From contig VJWM01000107.1 in NCBI GenBank assembly GCA_010909165.1, positions 434,001 to 498,000 on the forward strand: a DNA stretch of 64,000 nt, read 5' to 3'. A program made the translations under genes and the position numbers. Of this stretch, positions 49,426-60,829 are shown piece after piece. Every line of letters begins with the position of its first letter. Position 1 is the stretch's first letter. The stretch is from Anthoceros angustus. Taxonomy: Eukaryota; Plantae; Anthocerotophyta. The notes beneath the pieces are model-generated. The model saw only the letters and a list, made by a program, of their open reading frames with translations, had not been told where the DNA came from and searched no databases.

Positions 49426-50185
49426 CTTAACCTAGAAGAATTGCCGCTCCAAGACGATGAACAACCCTGCAGATCGCATGACAAGAAGAGTCAGCCAGCC
49501 CTGACTGCAGCTGCATGCACATCGCCAAGAGCCATACGCTCGGATCGTACCTGTGCAGACCGGGAGGGTAGCAGGATGGCCTTGCCGCCAGGACTCTCCT
49601 TCCCACAGCACAGAGCGGGCGTGCGAGAAATGGAGGCGAAGAGCCGTGGGGTTCTCCGTGAACGGGATCCGTTGGGACGGACGGAGAAAGCGGGGGCCGC
49701 AACGCTTGGCCTAAGCCCAAGGGACGCGACTACTGTCGACGGAGGCTGCCACCGCTCTCCTTGAAGCTGGAGATCGCGAGAGCGCAGGAAGGCTCTCCTT
49801 AGGCGCGCAATTCCTCCCACTGTCTCCCGTCTTAGCAGTCTGTTCTTGCTTCCGGAGAGCAGGCAGGTATAGCAAGATCACACACCACATTCCCGCCCCG
49901 GCTTAAGCAACCTGCAACGTTTTTTCCAGCACCATCAGACCCAGAATTAGCCAGTTGCAACGATAGCAAGAATCCTCGCACTGGACCGCACAGACCCGAC
50001 ATACCCGACACCGGGTCTCCCTCAGCTGCCTCAACCAGGGCAGACATCCTATCCTGCCATCCCTCCGCATCTGCCTGCTTAAATCGGCGCCATACGTCTT
50101 GCCTCCCACAGCACCATGCATTCATCGGAGGTGCAGAACTTGCCTGACGGGTACTGGACGCCTTGGCAGCCAGGACTGCCCAAGC

Positions 50186-50572
50186 ATGGGGGAGAGGCAT
50201 GCTAGAGCAGGCGAGGGCCCATGGAAGTCTCGAAGGCGGGGGGAGAGAGAGCAGGAAACGGCGCAGCGGTACGCTACACAGGGCGGGCGTCGCAGAGGCG
50301 CTGGCAGTAGCCAGAAGGAGAAGCGCCGGAGGTGCAGGAGCCGCAGCAGAGATCCCAGGCCGTCCAGGAAGGAAATCGAGCGAGCAGGTGCTGCCGCTGC
50401 CGATGTGGGCAGTAGCAAGGAAGACAGGCAGCGCCGGAGCTTGCCCACTGTGAGCAGCAACAAGAGGAAGAGAGCCGAGGGGTCCGAGTCGCCGCAGAGG
50501 CGGGGGCGATCCAGGAGCCGGGCTCCGGTCGTGAACACCACCCAGCCAGCCCCTGCTGCTTCTCTAGCATGA
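50186..50572 (+). CDS. Arg/Ser-rich low-complexity ORF, possibly an upstream exon or uORF of the 50932 gene
   Basis: 128-aa ORF with RSRSR repeats and an NLS-like NKRKR; no recognisable domain. Confidence 0.3.
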   Translation: MGERHARAGEGPWKSRRRGEREQETAQRYATQGGRRRGAGSSQKEKRRRCRSRSRDPRPSRKEIERAGAAAADVGSSKEDRQRRSLPTVSSNKRKRAEGSESPQRRGRSRSRAPVVNTTQPAPAASLA

Positions 50573-50931
50573 GAGGGTGAGGTGGAGCAGGGTCGCAGCA
50601 AGGACGGACATTTCTGGAGTCTCCTGTCTCTTGTGGGTACCTGGTAGGGCTGGGGAATCGTCATAGGCTTTCCCGAGAACTTGTGACAACATCTGGAACA
50701 TGCTAGAGCTGCGCACAGTCTCATCACCTTAATGACTAACCAGACCTTTGTTTGTAAAGGTGCTATTGCCTATATCGTGCTTTCTCACCATCGCCTTCAC
50801 CTCCAGATTCTCCACAACCCAATTCCCATAAACCAATCGACCTTCAACTTTCCTTGTGTTCATTGGGAAAGATACAGAGCTCTCTACATCTGCTGTTGAG
50901 CACGACACTTTAGCTAAGACAAGGAAGCAAG

Positions 50932-51864
50932 ATGTATGCGGTAGGAGACAGCCGGCAGAAGGCATGTCAGGAGAGCGGGCGATACTTCTCTTCGGACTCC
51001 AACTTCGCCTTGCCCAAGAAGCTGACGCAGTGTACAGTGTGCAGTCACTTCGGGCTGAGCACAACTGCCAAGTTCTGCAATGTGTGCAGCCAGTATGGAA
51101 TCATACGGAAGAACGATGGCCCCAGGATTGTGAGGGAGCCTCAGACGACGGATGTTCCTCTCTTCTGCAAGGAGTGCAGTCAGTACGTGCTATCGTCGTC
51201 TGGGCGATTCTGCCTGGCTTGCAGCCAGCATGATGGCTATGGCGTCCTGCCTGCAGACGATGACTACGCTTCAGACCCTCCCAGACTCCGCACCAGAGGC
51301 TGCTTCAGGAATGAGGAAGACTACGCCAGGTTTCTCGAGACATGCAGCAACAAGCGCACTCAGGAGGCCGATGCCGCTGATGACTTCACTCCCAAGGGGC
51401 ATGCCTGGGGTGGAGACCATGTGTATGAGGTAGGCAATGGCAGAAGCCGTGGACGTGACGACGGGTATGAAGTGTCACAGAGCCGAGGCCGTGTGGCTGA
51501 TAGATCCCCCCAAAGCAGGGGACGGTACAACATGTATGGGGATCCGAGTGGGCAGGAGAGGGGAGGAAGCAAATCAAGAGGCAACCGTGATGGCTCGGGA
51601 GGTTATGGAGGAGTGCAGGATGCTATGGCCAGAATGGTAGCCTGCTATGGGGCCAAAACCAGTCACCTGGCCAGAAGAACTGGCCGAGAGCTTCCTCGGG
51701 GTCGATCCCCATCACGGTCACCTCGAACTGGCAGATTTGGAATGAGTAAAATGCAAATGCCCACTTCTGCCCATTCAATGAACACCTGTGCCGATCACGG
51801 TTTGGCTATACCTGTTGCTCCCTGCTTGCGCGCATGTACTGCCCATGGCTTGCCGTTGGGCTGA
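50932..51864 (+). CDS. Orphan protein with four CxxC pairs (double zinc-ribbon-like) and an RS/RG-rich disordered C-terminus
   Basis: 310-aa ORF with CTVC..CNVC and CKEC..CLAC, followed by an RGR/SR-rich tail. Confidence 0.6.
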   Translation: MYAVGDSRQKACQESGRYFSSDSNFALPKKLTQCTVCSHFGLSTTAKFCNVCSQYGIIRKNDGPRIVREPQTTDVPLFCKECSQYVLSSSGRFCLACSQHDGYGVLPADDDYASDPPRLRTRGCFRNEEDYARFLETCSNKRTQEADAADDFTPKGHAWGGDHVYEVGNGRSRGRDDGYEVSQSRGRVADRSPQSRGRYNMYGDPSGQERGGSKSRGNRDGSGGYGGVQDAMARMVACYGAKTSHLARRTGRELPRGRSPSRSPRTGRFGMSKMQMPTSAHSMNTCADHGLAIPVAPCLRACTAHGLPLG

Positions 51865-52264
51865 TTCATGCTGATGGTTCGTTTGAGGATGTACCTTGAG
51901 TGAGTATCATAACGAGAGTCCTCAAAAAGCACATGAAAGTCACAGCTCACAGCTTTGGATGCGAAGCACAAAGAAAGCCTTCCACCTAAGTGAGAGAGCA
52001 AACCATTTCGATAATTGCACGCCCCTTTAATCCTTTAATCAGGAGCCAACAACCAAAACCATACGAGGTGACGGAATATTTGCACAGGAAAATCGATTGC
52101 GCAATACAGTCAAAACTGTGCAACCAAGATACAAAGCCTCCAAAGCCACACGTAACTCTTGAAAGTAGGTATGAGGCGAAGCCAGCAGCCGGACAAAGGT
52201 TGTGCACAAGGACGTACTGATGCCTGCAATCTCATTGATCAATCTTCGCCCATTTACCGCAAGC

Positions 52265-55200
52265 TCAGTACTTGATTGACTTGAACATACAAGATCGCCT
52301 GTCATCTACTGCGGAGCTTAGATGCAAGGAGGAAGGCATTTCAGAATATTTCCTTGCACTAAGCTCTGTTTCTATCAATAAAATCAGCTGCTTGTGGCCA
52401 CATTGCTTCCTTAACAGAACCTTTCGGAAGGCTGTCCAGCCCAACCATTCCATCTCCTGCAGAGGGAATGAAAAGCATGGCAGGAAACTGGAGATGCGGC
52501 CCATGGCATGCATGCGCTGCTTCACGAGTCGATGCATGTACCTACAGAATTGACAGTTGGACCTCATGTAAGTTTCATACTATATCGTCGGAAAACATAT
52601 ACAACAACAGCATGCAAGAAAGGAAATGACCTGATTGTTGTCCAAATAGCCTTGAACAAGAATGTAGGATTGCAAGCACCAACTCGAGGCATTGCACGCA
52701 CATAGGCGTGAAACTTCATTGCACACAGCAGGAACGCTTGATATGCATTCAACCTCACTGTAGCCGGTGAGTTGATGTTCAAATCGTAGAACAGCGGATG
52801 ACATTTTGGTCTCATAAACTGACACAGTTTGATCACTAGATGGTTTCCTTGATTGTTCTCCACCACTACTGTCAATGAAGATGCAATGTGCTCTCCACAA
52901 TATCTGTCAAAACATCCGCTGGTTTATCACCACTGGAACAGGACGACCTAGAAACCTTGTAGAAATTTGAAATCCAGCTCCACAACCATACGGACAGCAA
53001 CCAGCAACACCACGACACCTCATGCATACCTGGTATAATCAGCTTGGATTTCAAGCGTGTAACAGTTGACAAGTAGTCCACACCATCGCATGAAACGTGC
53101 TCCATCTTCAGTCTGATAGACATCCATAGGAATGAACTGCTCATTGCAATACATGTCAAAGCTCACCGCAGTTTTCCTCTTGTTTGCATGGCATCCATAC
53201 TCCTCAAATCCATTGTGCATTTTATCCACATACAAGGAAACCTGCGCTTGAGAGGTAGAGATGAACAGAGAATCATCAATAAGCCGAAGTAACAAAAAAT
53301 TGGCTGCATTTGTAGCCACAGCAGGCACAAAATCTGGTCCAGTATTTGCCACATCTGTCAACATCACCTTGCTCTGACAAATGTTTCTACCTCCACCACA
53401 GCCAGACTCCACCAAAGCAGAGTCAGCACCTTTCTCTAAAGAACACTTGACCAGATTGTCTAGAGAGGGCGCCATCAAGGAACTTTCCCTTTCACCCTCA
53501 GAGGGAAATGGGTGCTCTGTAACATGCCCATTGCAATTTGGCTCCAAAAACTTCTGGAGACAGGGTAGAAGACAATGTCGGTCCAGATGGCCATAAAATA
53601 GGCAACAAAGTAGAGACGACACCACACTCCCTTGTGGGATTCCCACTGTCTGCACATAAAATTTAGATCCAACCTGTAAGATATTTTTTCTCACGTGATC
53701 ATCCAGCATGGCAAGGATCCTTTCTCGGCATAAAGTAGCAAAGAAAACCTGCCACAAAACACGTGAACTTCCTCAACATCTTCAAGTTTATCTGGAAAAG
53801 TCAGAAAACAAAGAAGGAAACAGGCCTACCTGGTCTGCATAAATACTATTTTGAGATTTGCTCGTCAAAGATGAAGCGAAATCAATGAAGTTCTGATGCT
53901 CTCCCCAGGTAGTGCAAGCCCTTTCATGGCAGACTCTCACACCACCAACTGTTGGAACAACCGAAACGTAACGGCGCACCGTATACTGTTTTTGTTGTAA
54001 AAACTTGCTCACTATGTCACATAGCTTTGGCTGCTGGATTGTATCAAAAGCTTTTGCAACATCACATATCCCAAAAAATAAACGCGGCAGCCCATGTCCC
54101 GAGCTTTTCAGTTGCATAACAAAAGGGACGAGCTTCATGTAGGTGTCATTGTAGCCAAAGACAGAACATCCTAGATCCTCAGCATGCGACACCTGCTCAG
54201 ATTTTAGACAGCTGTGAACATCTCGAAGGACTGTATTGACAGGCTTGAAAACGAGTTGGAATTTTCTCCCCAGATGCCGGGAAAGATTCTGTCCACTCCT
54301 GGAGCCATTAGTTTCTCTCTCATGAATGGGTTGTCCTACCTGGCCGAATACCTCCTTGAAGGTAAGGGGCTCTTTTTGAATATCAGACCTGACTGTACAG
54401 CGCGATGGAGCTCCAAGGTTTAATATTGGCCTCACCCCGTTCTCTTTGGGTAGAAACCTGATTTTTGAAAACCCAAGGATCTTTTTCTTCAGTGTGGAAG
54501 CCAGACAGCTGGGACTGACCACCTTGAAGCTGGTGTCAACAAGGTCCTTCAAAGCTGTAGACTTTATCCTCGCCCACACTGGCTTCCGATAATAGAATAC
54601 ATCTCTTCTATGGTTCTCATTCTCTGTGACGTAGAAGTGTGCACGAAGGAGAGGTCCCACAAAGCGAGTAAAATACCAAGAGCACCATAGTTCTACGGTC
54701 CTCCTTGTTGGTGCCTTCAGGAAAGGCTTCTGTGTACCGTGTTGAACACCTTCATGCCAGCCAAACCCTTGCATTCCAAGCCTGAAGAAGAAGTGTGTTA
54801 AAGAGAACTTTTCATGTCTTCGAAGAGAGATGAACCTGGCAAGGCTTCTCCGGAGAGCTCTCCTACTCTTATTGCAGCCAAGCAGTTGTGCAGGAATAAC
54901 TCTTCGAGACACAGCCCAGATGAAGGCTACCACCTGTGTGTGAGAGCAAAAGCTTGCGATGAGCTCCTCCTGAGAAAGTTGACAGTTCTTTTGCTCTCCA
55001 GAGTCTTCATTATTCGCGTTAACCTCCCCACCGACCATAGTCTCCAACAGGGGAGAGCCACAGGTTGAAGTGCTGACAGGTCTACTTGTGCTGTCTTGAT
55101 GTAGTCCACCTGTTACTTTGTCACATGCCATTTGCTGGGCACCTGTCACCTCTTCCTCCCTTAGATCAGAGTCTTCAATGTCTGTGCTTACAGCACTTGT

Positions 55201-58200
55201 TGGATTATGTGAGCTCGGCCTAGATAATTGATTGGTTTTTGGGTGATGGACAAATTGCTGCTGGGCACTTGTCACCTCGTCCTCCCTTAAATCACAGTCT
55301 TCAATGTCTGTGCTTACAGGGTCGGTACTGACACTCCCAAGCGTATCAACGCCAGATGTTGGATTATTTGAGACTAGCACGGCCATTTGAGCACAATAAC
55401 TTGAGTCTATGAAAGACCATCCTCCACCATCAGCTGATTGATTGCAAGCTTGCTTGCTGTGAATATTCACACAAGTATCTCTATGCCCTGCTTCCTTCTT
55501 CATTGACGTGTCCTGAACCAGCCTGAACCATATAAGTACTCACTGATCTCATATTATTTCACTCCATTGGAAGACAGATTCATGGGGGGGCCACATCCTT
55601 AGAGGAAAGTACCTGGCTCTTCGAGATCAGAACCTCGGCCGCAGAAGAAAAAGCAGGAGGGTCTGCCACCTTGTGAACGGGTCTCCTTGGGAGTGGGCAG
55701 TGTCTATCAAGTAATAGAGCATACCGACACTTCCTTGAGTTCTGCAACATCCTTTTCAGGAGACCTCGGATTGGAGAAGCAGTCCTGAACCACACCAGTA
55801 CCAACCACTGGGCTGTGAGCCTTTGAGATCACAATAAGTACGTATGAATTTTCTTTCAAAACAAGATTGAAAAACACAGCCATAGTAGCATGATATTTAC
55901 AACGATCCTCTCCGTTCACTTTGTCCAGTCTCTGTTACTACTAATGAAGGTAGTTCATCCTGTCGCCCAAAGATTGCCTGGAAGAGCTGCAAAGCACCTT
56001 CATTGTTTGGTCGTACGGCATTAAGAATGTCTGGCAAGATGTCAAGCTTGCACACCCAGAAAGCACCTATGGCTGGAAGACTTTATGAAGCATAATCAAA
56101 TTGAAATTCAAACTAGATTAGGATACGCTTCAGCGGTAGACCAGCATGGTGAGCAAAAGCAGAACTGTAGAAAATACTGGAGCGGTCAACTTTGTTGCGA
56201 AATTTGTTGGCCTGGTTAGTGGTTCGCACTGAAGGACTGGACAAGTTACATGAGTGGTCCCTTCTGCTATTCACAGGCTCACTTTGCTTGCACCCCCAGC
56301 TTTCTGGACAACAATCAAGAGGAATAGAACAACTGAAGTACATAGGGTTTGTACCCTCGGTTCCTTCCATATGGTGGCCAACCCTGTCCAGGGTCTGTAA
56401 CGATTTGCAGTCACTTCTTGTTGTGACCAGAGATGGAACACTCCCAGACAATAGCAGCTGACCCACTTCCACATCAGCTGCAGTTGAATTGGCTTTTGAC
56501 TGGGTGATTCCTTCTTTCGACAACTGTGACAGTAGACATAATTATCACCATTTCAGACAACAATGCATTGACCTGTTGACCCAATCACATGCTGAAAACG
56601 GAACCATCAATATGTTGCGAGTAAAAGAAAGAAGGCACCTGCAGACAACAATGCATTGACCTGTTGACCCAATCACATGCTGAAAACGGAACCATCAATA
56701 TGTTGTGAGTGAAAGGAAGAAGGCACATGAGAGGACATACCTGGTCAGATATACTTTGCTCCAACTTTGCTGCTTTTCGTCGCTGCCAGCTCGAAGGTCG
56801 TGTGCGCTTTTTCGATCTGGTTAACACAGCCCCAGTAGATACCACTGCACCTGTGGAAGTGCCAGATCTTTGCACATACCTCTTGTGGTAAAGTTCTGGT
56901 CTGCTTCCCTCGCACTGCCCTGCTACCTTACCAGACAGGGATTCCATCTTACAATGCTCCGCAGTTTCAGCACTTCCTGAAAAGGACAGAGACTCCAATT
57001 CAATGTCTTCACTGCCACATTCCCAAACATTCGTCCCCTGCACAATTCCTGTCATTCTTTTGTCCATATGTGTACAATGAGTTGAACCAGAATTGACCTC
57101 ATTAGGCTTTGGAGCTTCTCCTTCGCCAGCTTTGTGCAGTGTTCCCAAACAGTCTCTCTTTGCCCAGGCCCTCGCACGCTTTGGTGCTTGCCCAGCAGGC
57201 CCAGCAGACACATCATCACCAGCATCTCCACTCATCCTCTTTCTTTTCACTCCTCGCTGGGTCCTACCATCAACGCTGCATCGTGTAGAGTCTTTTGGTA
57301 GCCTTTTTAATCTTTCACTCCTCAACAGGGACGGCTGACCAGGTTTGAGCTTTGGTGGCACCTTCGAGGAAACTGCATAGATCGCAGGCCCCGTAACTTG
57401 AAGGAAGCAGTTACCAGGAAGGGAGATGAAAAGGGACGCATTTGAAAGGAGGTACAGCATGATCATATCCCCTACCTGTTATTAAATGCGTGAGGCACCT
57501 CAGAAACTTGATCCACATTCCAACTCTAAACTGCACGATCCTATGTCCATGGGCAATATTGCCTACTCGGCATCTATCTCTTTCAGAAACTGGAAGCAAC
57601 ACAGGAGCGCAGAATGGGAAAGTACCCGAGACAGGAGTGTGAGCCAGGGCTCAGACGTCAGAATGTCAACAGTTGTGTTTCTAAACACACATTCCAGGCC
57701 TCGAGGAGCATCCAGTTTCGTGTGGGCAGCACCTCCAGCTCGAAGCTGCAGAGGAAAATGAACCCGTGAGTAAGCCATAGTAATACAAGTCACAGACATC
57801 AAACGGAAGTGGCGAAGTAGCCACCTTGCGGTAACCAGCACAAAGCACATGATCTGGTCTGTCTCTCTGCCGAAACTGCAGCTCTATAACCCTATCCACG
57901 ACCTGCAATCCACCAAACGCCAACCAAGTGCAAATTAGGAACGTGGACCATCCCGAATCCTCCGATGACAACAACGGGCTCTTTGCCCAAATTCTTGCGA
58001 ACGTGGACACGACGAGAGTGCATGACGCCGGAATCGCCCATCAGACTGAAATTGAACTGCTCCCCACAACCACCCAAAATTGGAAGATTTCATCTGTGAG
58101 GCGGAATTCACCTCTCGTTGCGTCCACCTTTGACGAAAATCAATCCTGCCCAGATGTGGTGCGCCTTCCCCAAGAATTCCGTAAGTATTATGCAGGAGAT

Positions 58201-58546
58201 TCAAGTAATCAGCGGAGTCTCCTCCCACCACCAATGCAGACGAAACTTGTTGGGCTGTGGACATCTCGGGCTCCTGTACTAGCTCCAAGTCCGACAGGGG
58301 GAGGCTTGAGGTAGCTGACCTAAAGTCTTGGAGCAGGTCTGAATAGAAGGACCATTCACTGTCGCTTGCATCCTCCAGTCTGTCTGGATGAACATCCCCT
58401 GCCGCAATGGCAGGCAGAGCTGGACGGGGGGCAACTAGGCGGAGTATGAGAGTTTTGAGAGTACAGAGCTCGGGACCGTAGACTGTGGACAGCACCGTGG
58501 GTGGCCTGGCACGCTTAGCGCGACCACGGCTCCGGGCGGAAGGCAT
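52265..58546 (-). CDS. TERT: Telomerase reverse transcriptase, about 11 exons
   Basis: TEN domain (VLCAGY, WLTLLSRVGD.IMLYLL), CP motif (YALLLDRHCP), QFP, T motif (FYVTE..YYRKPVW), motif 1/2 (IRFLPKENGVRPILN), A (DVAKAFDTI), B' (GIPQGSVVSSLLC), C (LLRLIDD), E (WCGLL), and CTE ending ..FKSIKY*. Confidence 0.97.
56554..56729. repeat. 88-bp tandem duplication inside a TERT intron
   Basis: cagacaacaatgcattgacctgttgacccaatcacatgctg... at 56554 and 56642, with a few substitutions. Confidence 0.9.
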
Positions 58547-60199
58547 TGTCTGAACTGATCACTCTACTGCGACGCTCACCTCCAGACTCATCTCAGCTCA
58601 TCGCTCATCGGCTTTTACGCGCGGGGGAGTGGCTACACTAGTCACCAGTCGGTGTTGCACCATGTCTTCCTCCAACGGAAAGGCCTGTGACATCCATACG
58701 ACAGTTACGGTTCCTGGGCTTATTTCAGTTATGACCAGTTTTTCAATTTTCTATTTTTAGATTCTCCGTGAAGAACATCGTAGTTAAGCGACTCCGGCAC
58801 TACGTTCAGATGGGGTGCTTGGCATTTAAACTCTACACGTTTTCTTCCAATCCTCCCCACAAATGAAGAATAATTGCATAGGCAGTATAAATTTGAGAAA
58901 GAAAACCATACGGTACAGGATTAAGAATGATGCTTAATATTGAAAGAAGGTTTCACCCTTTGAGTCTCGCTAAGGAGACCAGCACATCCAAGCGTGCTGT
59001 TGCTATATCAATCTCATATGCTAGTCCAACCTATGGATTTTATGTCCATAGTCTCTTTGCTTATTGATAATGTTGTGGCATTCCTATTGCGTGAGCTAGT
59101 AATTTTCTTGGGTTATTGATGTGTATCCATTTCTCAAGTTGTGTAACCCCGAGAAAAGACCGAATCTCACATTACATATCATGAAGTTAGAAATTGTCTT
59201 TCAGAGACTTTATCCTGGACATGTCCCATGCAGGTCCACTACTGAGAAAAAGCAGACCAAAATAACTTTTCAAAAACAAGCAACAAGTCTAGTCATCACG
59301 GTAATTAATACGATTAAAATGTTACAAAATCTAACATGGATGTATATATCACTGAAAATAATATAGTATATTTGTCACCGATGGTGAATTGAAAGAGTCT
59401 TATCCTCTATACGTCACAAAACGAGCAAGTAAGTGGCATTCACACCCATCTATTGAAATTGGAACACCAAAAGAAACAATACAAGTTCCTCCATATCATG
59501 TAAATTTTTAAAATTTGGACCACTTCTTGATTTGTGCGTGCCATCTCCATGAATCTTCTTTGTATTGTTTCAATTTTATTAGATATCCTTAAAATCGATA
59601 AGAGCTCTTTGGTTTTTTTAGGAGTTAAGGATGGCATAAAGATAGCTGCAATGTTCACAACAGTCTCATACAATGTAGCCTTGTAATATAGCCTAACATT
59701 ACCACTGGAAGGATTTGTGACATGTATTTGCTTGATCCTTCGAGTATATGTACCTATGCGGAAGATTATACTTTAATAGAGACCCGCTGCTCCAACCATT
59801 CGCTCTCGTTTTCATATCGGTAAACATATAATGTTAATAATTCAGCAACACCGCCTACAAAGTGTTACAAAGGGAATCAAAGACTCTTAGAAAGTAGCAA
59901 CACGCATCTAGGCAACATGTGACACAAAAGCATCCAGATTCACAAGCTCGCAGCAAACCAGGACTGCCAGCATTATATGACTGCTTTTTGCAATAATTTA
60001 AGATAATTAAAAAGAATAATTGACACTATAAGGGCATCGGAAACGTGGGAGCCACATGTGACAAATGGGGAGATTGATTCGTGGTCTCCTCTTGAACATA
60101 ATATAGTAGGGAGCCGGCGGCTTATTTATGTGCACAAGTTTCGACACTTTCCACAATTGAAAACAACGGCAGCCGTCCGTAGGCAGGGTCGGCTACTCT

Positions 60200-60420
60200 G
60201 TCCAAATGGCCTAGGCCAAATGGACACACATTTATAAGAACGCCGTGATTAAGCATCCTGAGCTTGGATCGGTACTTAGATGGGGTGCCTATAGGGAGTG
60301 GATGCCCTTGGTGCAAGTAGCTTAGGCACACCATGATACAAGTTGTTAAGTACCAAGTCCCATGACGGAAATCCGTCCTTAGTGGACTTAAATAAAATTC
60401 TTCTTCCTCTTCTTCTATCG
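60200..60420 (+). repeat. Single-unit copy of the dispersed repeat of about 210 bp (hairpin-capped 5' end, TTC-rich 3' end)
   Basis: The reverse complement matches modules of 15660-16338; the sequence is collinear with 37802-38010. Confidence 0.85.
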
Positions 60421-60829
60421 GTCTATCGGTCTCGGCATTTTCGAACTACTCCCAGTTTCTCACCGTACAGAAACCGGCACTTTTCGGGACTCTCGGTCTC
60501 AGCTGTATTAAAACCCTTTCCACATTATAAATATTTACCCGGGGAAAAATGAGGACCAGGGTCGGGGATCGGCACCGTCAACTTCACTGACCGCGCCTGG
60601 AGGGCATTGCAGGTATGTAGTGCTTGGGCCCGTTCACGTTCACCAGGCAAAAGACAATGTAACTTATAGCTTATCCCCGCTTTGGAGGACTCTATAGACT
60701 TCTCCTTCACCTTCATGTCCTTCGTCCCATACCTGACCAGATTTTCCTCCCACAGGGGAAGGTAGGTGAGTTGTCAAACCGTGCATGACTCTTTCCATCA
60801 AAAACAACGGCACATGGCTCCGGATTAGA

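Noticed and set aside
58852-58895. TCCCCACAAAT...TATAAAT upstream of TERT as a possible Pol III promoter for a linked TR gene
   Set aside because: Weak USE match and no telomere-complementary template downstream.
59440-59673. 77-aa AT-rich ORF upstream of TERT
   Set aside because: No motifs; length consistent with chance or a degraded TE fragment.
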